Assembly (NCBI GenBank): GCA_021613535.1
Contig: CP075496.1
Coordinates: 1,116,001 to 1,180,000, forward strand
Direction: 5' to 3'
Origin: Adineta vaga
Lineage: Eukaryota > Animalia > Rotifera
DNA: 64,000 nucleotides
In this document: positions 55,120 through 64,000 of the stretch, piece by piece
Layout of the letters: each line of letters starts with the position of its first letter
Numbering within the stretch: position 1 is the stretch's first letter
The notes under the pieces: generated by a model
Seen by the model: the letters and a program-made list of their open reading frames with translations, nothing else
What the model was told of the DNA's origin: nothing
Databases searched by the model: none
Translations under genes and position numbers: made by a program

Positions 55120-57523
55120 TCACTCCTTCTCTTTCAATCGTTGCTGAATGCACTCATTTCTTAACTTCCTAATTTTACCAAGAATTTTGTTTCTGTCTTC
55201 TTCATTTTCAATGCCATATTTCACAAGACCTTCGGTGCTAACAAAATTGAGAAGCCAAAATCCATCAACAATGTGTTTTTCGAAGTTAGGAATATATTTG
55301 TTATATGGCTCGCCCAAACTTTTAAGCCATTCACATACACCTTCACAATTTACCAAGCTTTCGATCGAGAGAGCCACTAGAAAGTATAATTTAAAAATTT
55401 AAATAATCTTCAAATACTTTCAAAACTTTAGTTAGAAAAGGTATGCATTATAGATATGGTCAATGACAGATTCGCTCTTTCAGATGACTATTCAAGAAAA
55501 ACTAGATTTCTTACCTTCTGAAGAAGATGCTTCATTTGAAGAATGAATTGACTTTGATGAAGTTGAAGCACAGCTGTTGTCTACAGAACTGTCATCAGTC
55601 ATGTGTGCCTTGCTCTTCGATAGGTTATCTGATGATGGAGGTTGTGAAGCCGATTCGGTATGTTTCTGATAGTTTGCTGGAGACGTTGTCTGATTTATGT
55701 TTGAAGACGAGGATTGACTTTTATCTGTACGTGCATTCCTTGAAGAATTATCCAAAGATTTGTTTGGCTCGGGTTGTAAACGCTCTTGGGTTCTACTAGT
55801 CTTTTCACTTTGCGTAATCGATAAGGTTGTACCACTTGCAGCGTGCGATGAGGAAGTAGAATGTTCGATTATGAAAGCTCGTGATTTTTGCGGGTCCCAT
55901 CTTTCCCCATTATAGACAATCCATTTGCTCAAACATAAAATGTATTCTCGACCATATATTTCATCACGCCATTGTCTAGGTAATCGTTCATAACCAAAAA
56001 GAGCGCCTGCTAATTGACCATAAATCGCTGCTGTTGTATCCGTATCATCACCGAGATTGACGGCGTCGAGCACACCCTTGTCAAATGATTTCACATTTTT
56101 CCACAATGCCCACAGAGCAGCTTCCAAAGCACTGATAATGAATCCTTTACCCCGAATTCCTTCTTTATATCCACCTGGTTTTTTATATGATCCTTCGATA
56201 ACCTCCATAACACGTTTATGAAGTGGTTTATTATTAAACCAGGGTCTATGGATTTTATAAAACTCAGGATCGAGAATATCATCTATGGTCTCCCCACGAA
56301 GTGCAGCTACGATAAGAGCACCATAATAACGACAAGCATCATATGCAATCTTATCACCATGAGTAGTTCTTCCACTAACGCCTGAAAATTCGACGGCACA
56401 TTCAGGATAACGATAAAAGAAAAGTGGTACAGGACACAGTCGCATTAGAGCTCCATTACCAGCAGCATCTGATTCGCTGCAATCGACATTAAATTCAAGC
56501 AGCAGTGTAGGATTGTGAAGAGAATCGATATCTTTCTCCGAAATACTCTTTTTTTTCATAAATTCTTGTTGCCGATGTTCAAACTCAATCAACGATCGTT
56601 TCGTCGCAGCACCAATATCAAAACATTTTCCAGTAGAGGACATATAACCATTTCTAAACCACCATTTATAGCGCACAAGTTGATCATAAGGGATAAAATC
56701 ACAACATGCTACCAATGAATTTGCCAGACACAAAGCCATAGATGTATCATCGGTGAACTATAATCCAAGAAGAAAAATCTACTACAATATTTAATCTTTA
56801 TGTAGAAAAAAAACAACATATCTGTGCCTATATTAATTGAGACAACACTTTCTTATTCAGACCGAGCAGAGTGACACAAAACTCTAAGCGAAACTCTTTT
56901 CTTTCTTCACTATTACAAATGTAAATCTTTCTTTAAACTCTCATAGCAAATAGTTTGAAGAAAAAATAAATACCTCTCCTTTGTTAAGTCCCCAAGTGCC
57001 ACCACCCTGAAGATCTGTAACTGGATTTTGAGCTAAAAATTCATGTGGTCGAAACTCAACAGAAGCACCAAGAGCGTCACCGATAGCCAAACCTAATAAG
57101 GATCCATAAACACGATTGAGAGTTTCTCTATTTACGCTTTCTGATGGTTCCTTTAGTTCGAGTTCATGAATTCTCTTGAATGTACCATCCGAATGGTATG
57201 GGCGATAGAGCCATGCGTTCTCTAAAAAGCCAATACTTATTACGATTATCTGTTAGTTGTATTCAAAGAAATTATCTCGATCTTCTTTTCTCAACAAGAT
57301 TTTAAAAGTTAATAAGAGTGGAAAACTTTCTCTTCAAATAAATCAATTAAAACCCAATCAATATTTTTGTTTCTGTTTTACAATGCAAATGTATATGATC
57401 AGCCTGTTCTTCTTACTTTACCTTTGCAGATTCAATCTTAATAATTGCTCAAGATATTCGGAAAGAAAAACATAACTTACTTTCGAAATGAGATCTTTTT
57501 GGCTGCTTTGATGGATCACTCAT
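55120..57523 (-). CDS. ADP-ribosylglycohydrolase (DraG/Tri1-like) fused via a Ser-rich linker to a C-terminal SAM domain, 4 exons
   Basis: GLAIGDALGASVEF, GGGTWGL.KGEFTDDTSMALCLA, GYMSSTGKCFDIG, AGNGALMR, TTH, and AVNLGDDTDTTAAIYGQLAGA. Last exon VCEWLKSLGEPYNKYIPNFEKHIVDGFWLL...KYGI...DRNKIL is a SAM domain. Confidence 0.9.
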
Positions 57524-57953
57524 TTTTCTTGTAAATATGTGTATAATAATAGAACTATTTTTATATATTGTTTAACCTTTAAAATATTTGAATATTCTGC
57601 AATAGAAATCTCTGACTATACCAGTTTAGTTGAAAAAAACGAGTGACAAAGAATTTTTCTTTTGCAAACTTATTTTTTTCTTCCTTTTTTTTACCGACGA
57701 TAGAAGAGCAACTAAACAGATATAACAACAACCGTCTGGTTTCAAACGAAGTAATATTATTCTTTTTACTCCACCTATTCGACGAAAATAAAGCGTATTA
57801 AGACAAAACCAACGTTGTGCAATTCTTTCATTCGATAAGAATTAAATAAAAAAGGAACATAAAATCATAAAATTTCATAGACTTTTATTTATCTTCTGAG
57901 TATATTCTTGTGGCAAATGTTTATCTCGATTTATTGCCTAAATAATCAAATGT

Positions 57954-58336
57954 ATTAGTGTGTTACGAATCTTCTTTCATAAAGAAGAATTAATGGTCAA
58001 ATATATTTTTGATTCTAGATCACAACGCTTACTGTCTCTAAACTTATTCATCCATTCATATATAATACTCGATATCGTACCAGTATCTCAATCAATTTCG
58101 TATTGTACAAATATGAATCAAAATGAATATGAAAATTCATTCCATTCCAACAAAACTAGATCAATCCGTAACTTGATCTTCTCATATCGAATATTTTGAT
58201 GAAACAAAAAGAAAACTCGATGAATTGGAAATTTTAAATTCATATCGAATAATTCCATTTCCGGAAATATCAATTTCTTGTAACATTTCATCCACTTCAT
58301 GATCGGAAAATTGTTCACCCAAATTAATCATCGCAT
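57954..58336. repeat. Partial direct duplicate of the calmodulin-like gene 3' region with an internal ~540-bp deletion
   Basis: 57954-58186 equals 61365-61597 (233 bp, no mismatch seen). 58187-58336 matches 62141-62290 with about 6 mismatches, including the splice donor. Confidence 0.92.
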
Positions 58337-58464
58337 AATTGTCCTATTCAAATCACCTAGCTTCAATTGAGGAATATTACCTTGATCAAAATTTATAACA
58401 ATTTAACTATTTTTTGATGAACCAAAAACCAAACGTGCAGATCGATATCCTTGTGAATGTATTG

Positions 58465-58625
58465 AATCCAACATCAATACCAATTGCAATCATTGTACCT
58501 GTTAAATTAACCGATATATATTTCACAATTCGATGATTATCATGATCTGTAGTATATATTGCATTTGTGTTGGAATCTGACGCTATACCATAGGAAATAT
58601 TAAATTAATTTAAATCTGAACCTTG
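58465..58625 (-). pseudogene. NHL-repeat relic
   Basis: QGSDLN*FNISYGIASDSNTNAIYTTDHDNHRIVKY...GTMIAIG fits the NHL repeat pattern and contains a stop. Confidence 0.65.
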
Positions 58626-58988
58626 TGCGAGCTTCATGTTGAAATAAGTTATAAATCAAATGAATACTAACGATAATATTTAAGTTGATAGTATTAAGGT
58701 GATATTAGTTTCAGATTTTATCTTTTTCAAACTAGATTAACTCAAAAGGAATTCAAAAAACAAAACAAAGCGTTCTTTTGTGTATTCACTCGTTTTTCGT
58801 ATGTATAATAAACTGAAAATTGGCGTTAGAAACATAGAATATAATGAATAGATCTTTTTATTTTTATACAAGTTGATAAAAAAAGATAGATAAATAGCAC
58901 TGATGCACAACTAATATAACATTTTGTTTCTTATCTGTCAATGAATGATCCTGTTAAATGGTTCTTTGGTTGCATTTAATTCTTTGTT

Positions 58989-60438
58989 TCAATTTTTTGT
59001 TGTTGTTTTAGAATCAGGTTCATCTGATTCTCCAGAATCAATCTTTTCAATTGTTTCAGATTCTAATTTATCCAATAATTGTTGAACATGAACAACTGTA
59101 TGATTAATTAAAAGCATCTCATACCCTTCAATATCCATTATGTCCGTATGACCTAAAATAAATTGAACTCATTTATAATAATGGAAAGCGAAAAATCTAC
59201 CGGCTGCCCATTGGTATGATGGCTTAAATATTTTTTGGATGTTTTCAGGAAATTTAATGTAATGTGAAGATGACATTGTTATCAAAGGATTCAAAGCCAT
59301 AATATAAAATGAATTCTGCTTAGTTATATTAAATTGATTTTGAAGAAAACCTATTTCATCTGGTGATTCAAGATCATAGGTAATAGTTGTACGATATGAT
59401 TCATCGTTTTGTAATAGATATCGACCATGTCCAATAATATTATCAGTTTTAATTATAAAGTTGCCATCATGTTCTTTTTGAATGTTTTTAATGTTATTCT
59501 TGCAGCTTTTCGCTAACATCCAACAAAATTTATAATTGACATCAGGTAATCGTTTCTGGATAATTTTCATAAGACGTTTTTTAGCATCATCACTATCATT
59601 TTTAACTGATTCATTTCCGTTTCGAATAAAAAGAATATAAAATGAGTTAATATCAGCATCATTGTATGGTGTTGCTGCTGCATCACTACCTGATGTTCGT
59701 TCATCTATTTACATATTTTCTATTTATTTTTCATACATAAAAAACAACTTACAAATAAACATAGTACTACCAATTTCAATATTTTCTTCCAAAAATAAGT
59801 GCTTATATCGATTTGGACCTAACAAAAGATACAGATTGATCAAAATAAATCATAAACTAACCTTCTAATGATTTTTTTATTTGAATTTCCTTCATGTTGA
59901 TTGTATTAATGAATAAACCTGTTACATGTTGTAATAATAATCGCCGTGTCAATCGATCTTCATAACTTTTAATGACAGTTTGTGGTACATAAGACTGATT
60001 CTGAACAACTGTAAATAAATCATCTTCAGCTTGATACTCAGGTCAATGAAAACGGAGTCGTTTACAATGCGTTTTCAGAATGTAAACCGTGACAAAACGG
60101 TGACCTTACGGCCGAAAATGAACAGTTTTGTTCCGTAATCACGGGCACAGATTTACGGCATCGTTAAGGCCGTATACGGATCGCATCGTTCGACCTGAGT
60201 ATAGCTATAATCTTCTTGATGATTTTCAAATGACATCATATTTGACGCCTAAATAATGAAAAAAATGGTTAGGAATAGTAAATAGATGTCTAATTTACAT
60301 CGTGTGTCACAGTTGTAATTTCTTCTGAAAACACAAAAGAATTATCGTCCATCTTTTGGTAAACGTCAATATATCGACTAAAACATTAATTTATTACCAA
60401 GACGCGAGGATTACCGTAATAGAAGAAGAAGAAGACAT
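58989..60438 (-). CDS. Uncharacterised protein resembling a bacterial/fungal/plant hypothetical family; MITE inserted in an early exon
   Basis: Spliced frame MDDNSFVF...DINSFYILF...KKRLMKIIQKRLPD...GHGRYLL...TYDLESPDEIGFLQNQFNI...FYIMALNP...FPENIQKIF...W...MDIEGYEMLLI. The start is uncertain (ATG 60352 or 60438). The family call is from memory of the motif. Confidence 0.55.
60037..60199. mobile_element. 163-bp MITE with CTCAGGTC...GACCTGAG TIRs inserted in an exon
   Basis: Perfect 8-bp TIRs flanked by TA on both sides, with an ACGG/CCGT-rich interior like the 33649 element. Confidence 0.85.
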
Positions 60439-60629
60439 GTTCAATTTTTCTCTCTCTTTCCTCCCATGTCACTTGTTTGTTTACATTTTCCTTTCTAACG
60501 TTAGAAGATCTCTTTTCGTTACCGAATATATTATTCATAAGCTAAAACAATTTTTGCACATTTATCATCAATAAGAACTCGATCTGACGGTAAGTAAGAT
60601 ACTTATTTATTGTAAAATAAATTCTTTTT

Positions 60630-61364
60630 TCATAAATCAGTGTTATTATTCGATGTTAAATATACATCTTGAATAATTTGATTAACTTGTGAAGAATGTT
60701 TATCATCAGCTTCTAATGATGCACAGTTATTACACCTATTGATTGTAGGGTGTGGGTGAGGGTGTCTTTTATTCACGCTTACGCACCCACACTTCTTTTT
60801 ATCGGAAATCATCATGTAATAGTGTTGATAAAGGGCTAAAAAATCATGTAACATTTGGGCAAATATGCATCTTTTGTAAAGTTGGTTCAAAATCTCAGCC
60901 ATTTCAAAATTGCTGAGGTCCATAATTTGTGGGATTGTAGAGTAAGTAAGATCTATCCATCATACTAAGGCACCATGCTGAGAAATTCGGCTTTCAGTAG
61001 ATTTAACTAATTCAAGTTAGTTGTGTAGTAATTGATAGTATGAATTATTTTTTTAAAACCTCTATAAGTTTTACCGCAGTTCGATGCGCCTGATCAGGAG
61101 GAATCGAAGGACTATATTAAATTGAAGTTTTGACTTCATTTTCGAGGAGAAAATCGAAAAAACCTTCGGAGAGTGACTATAAAAATTCTTATTTTGCAAT
61201 TGTGTACTAGGAGTATTTTAGGGTTTTCTCCATGAAAAAGAAAGGGATTGTAGAATATTTTTTTATCAAAGAGATCAGAATTAAAGGCTCTATCAACCCT
61301 GGAAGTTTCACGGAAATCTGAGAAAACTTTTGTACAACTTGGTTGAGATCCCATGGAAATACCC
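60630..61364 (-). mobile_element. Probable DNA-transposon fragment (terminus GGGTATTTCCATGG plus ORF remnant)
   Basis: A TIR-like end at 61364 abuts the duplicated block. An open frame LELVKSTESRISQHGALVW...CGC...HPHPHP...CNNC follows. No partner end was found. Confidence 0.35.
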
Positions 61365-62100
61365 ATTAGTGTGTTACGAATCTTCTTTCATAAAGAAGAA
61401 TTAATGGTCAAATATATTTTTGATTCTAGATCACAACGCTTACTGTCTCTAAACTTATTCATCCATTCATATATAATACTCGATATCGTACCAGTATCTC
61501 AATCAATTTCGTATTGTACAAATATGAATCAAAATGAATATGAAAATTCATTCCATTCCAACAAAACTAGATCAATCCGTAACTTGATCTTCTCATACGC
61601 AATAAATCTAATCAATAAATTTCTTACTAAATAATTCTCTTTTATCTCTCGATAAAAATAGATCGATAAATGTTTCATAAGTCAACACATTCCATTTCTA
61701 GGCAATAAACAAATATATTTCACTACAAAGCCTCATTTATCGTCTACTAGATATTTATTTATATCTCTAAAATATAACAAACGAATTGTTCATAATCAAT
61801 CAATTATGTTTTTATTTCAATTTCATTAAACGAAACAAGAATAAAAGCATATACAAAGAAGAAAGAAAAAACCCCATCAATTCTAAACGGCATAATTTCA
61901 ATTGATATATATACGCAAGATTTGTTCGTATTATTTCGACGTATGTGAATGTATAAAGCTGAGCCAAATACACTGATTAAATCAATCTTATGAAAAGAAA
62001 ATTTAATCTTGATAAGAGAATAAAAGAGAAAAGAAAAAAAATAGATTCTATTTTATATCACAGATCATCGATGTTCTTCGATTGAGATTTGTTTTTATTT

Positions 62101-62881
62101 TTATTTTCCAATAACAACTTTCACAAGTTCTAGAAAAGAATCGAATATTTCGATGAAACAAAAAGAAAACTCGATGAATTGCAAGTTTTACCTTCATATC
62201 GAATAATTCCATTTCCGGAAATATCAATTTCTTGTAACATTTCATCCACTTCATGATCGGAAAATTGTTCACCCAAATTAATCATCACATGTCTAATAAG
62301 AGAAAAAAAGTATTTCTTCGCATTTTCTTTGTTTTCTCTTTACCTTAATTCAGCTACTTTAATAAAACCATTTCCATTTTTATCAAAAACACGAAAAGCT
62401 TCACGTAATTCATCTTCTTCATTATGTTCATCAGCTCGTTTCGCCATCATATGAAGAAATTCATTAAAATCAATCAAACCTTTGCCTATAAAATCCAGTT
62501 TTTCAAATAGAAAAAAAAACTATTCGAATAAAACAAACCTTCACAATCAAATTCATTAATTAAAGCTTTAAGTTCATCTTCTGTTGGATTTTGTCCGAGT
62601 GTTCTCATTGCACTTCCGAGCACTTTCGGACTAATAGCGCCGTCAGAATCTTTATCGTACAGAAGAAATGCCTGTCGAAATTCTAAAATAAACTTTCATG
62701 ATCTTTTCTTTTCCTCTCCTCTCCATTTGTCTTACCTTGAATTTGTTCTTCGGTAAAATGTTCAAGCTAAAAATAAAATGGGGAAAGTTGAAATTGATTT
62801 CGAAGTCAAATTTTCTTTGTTCTTTACTTGATCAATCTTATAAATAAGCAAATGTTCTGTGCTTATCACAGACGATGGCAT
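62101..62881 (-). CDS. Calmodulin-like EF-hand protein with N-terminal extension (further upstream exons possible)
   Basis: [24 protein letters not shown]...[13 protein letters not shown]...[13 protein letters not shown]...[31 protein letters not shown]. Confidence 0.9.
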
Positions 62882-64000
62882 ATTAAACTCGGTTGGATTA
62901 ATCTCTGATAGAAAATCAATGTTGCCTTTTCTATTTCAAGATGAGATGTTAATGACCAAACGAGCGAAAAAGAAATACTTGTCATCAGATTTCGAAGAGG
63001 TAACCAGATAGAAAGAAGAAGAAGAAGGAGAAAATGGAGAAAATCTCTGTTGTCTAATGATTAAATTCAACCTTGTCTACAGATGGAATATCGACTTAAG
63101 AGATGTGACAGACAAAACACATGCAATGACGTCATACAAACAAACTAACTGATTTAAGAGATAGTTTTTGTCAAAGCCAAGGTCTTATTTGATCATTTCA
63201 ACATATATCAAGGTAAAAGAAAAGTATCAAGAGATTATCATAACAATAGACTTGAAATTGATAGATACATTAATCAGATAATAGAGAAAACCATTTCTTA
63301 CCCCTACTTGAAATGGATCATAGACATAGAGTAAATCCGTTGTGAGACGTTGTTTGAAACGTTTTGTTTCAGAATTTTCATGTGGATCTCTACTAATAGT
63401 AGTTAATTCTCTATCAGTTGAGATCTTTTCCCGAGTAGTTGAATAACACGGACCTATTTTGATAGTTAATATCCCACTAACATTCTTTGACTGACGTCTT
63501 TTTTTTCTCTTAATGATCGATGAAATAAAAAAAACTAGGTGAACCTTTTGTTCAATTGTATTGTGCTTTGCCTTTCTTCATTTATTTACATTCGTATCTC
63601 GATTAGCATCATTATTCTTTTTGTTTTCTCTTCAAAGAACTATGCATGCAAGTGTCACATATTTTTTCTTCGTCTTCTTCTTCTTCTGACATCAATGCTG
63701 TTTTACGGGTATCACTAGCGGAATTACCGAACAAAAGAATATAATGGTAACAGATGCCGAAGATCAATAGAATGAAAAAAAGAAACTTACTTTCATTATT
63801 TTTCTTAAAGAAAAAAAATATATTTCATATCCTTCGGTTCATTTACACAACAATCTACTTATGATCTCTGACATTATCATGGCAATTCGTTGAGTTATAA
63901 ATTAACATTCTTCTCATAGAAGAAATAATCTATAATCATTAACTATTCTTCTATCTTTCATCTCTAAGCATATTAATAAAGATATCGTTCTATTCTCATC

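Noticed and set aside
57954-58336. Processed (retro) pseudogene of the calmodulin-like gene
   Set aside because: It retains intron sequence, the deletion ends are not splice sites, and there is no polyA or TSD.

Overview
AT-rich eukaryotic (metazoan) genomic DNA with many short GT-AG introns of about 45-60 nt. Gene content and style point to a bdelloid rotifer, which is inferred from F-box, 7TM, LRR and NHL family members, a 2DBD nuclear receptor and bacterial-like genes carrying introns. The left third is gene-dense: a secreted tandem-domain protein, SPATA17, glycogen debranching enzyme, beta-carbonic anhydrase, a two-domain GH31 alpha-glucosidase, a nuclear receptor with two DNA-binding domains, and WDR55. 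The middle (25-44 kb) is an accessory, TE-rich zone. It holds a complete 3.5-kb hAT transposon (TIRs, 8-bp TSD, one frameshift), a piggyBac-type deletion derivative, a decayed DD37E Tc1/mariner with a nested element, MITEs, a tRNA-headed SINE with an 11-bp TSD and a perfect three-way RNA junction, several pseudogene fragments, an F-box gene, a GPCR, and a tiny precursor for a disulfide-looped Pro-rich peptide. The right part holds a 246-aa Cys/Trp/Phe/Pro-free helical protein with tardigrade CAHS-like architecture (best candidate for an undescribed system, possibly a desiccation protectant). It also holds UBC9 head-to-head with an intronless orphan, a receptor PTP with a nested gene, a bacterial-type ADP-ribosylhydrolase fused to a SAM domain, a gene with an exonic MITE that could splice out in frame, and a calmodulin-like gene with a partial local duplicate. 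Exon boundaries and family calls were made by eye; no database searches were run.
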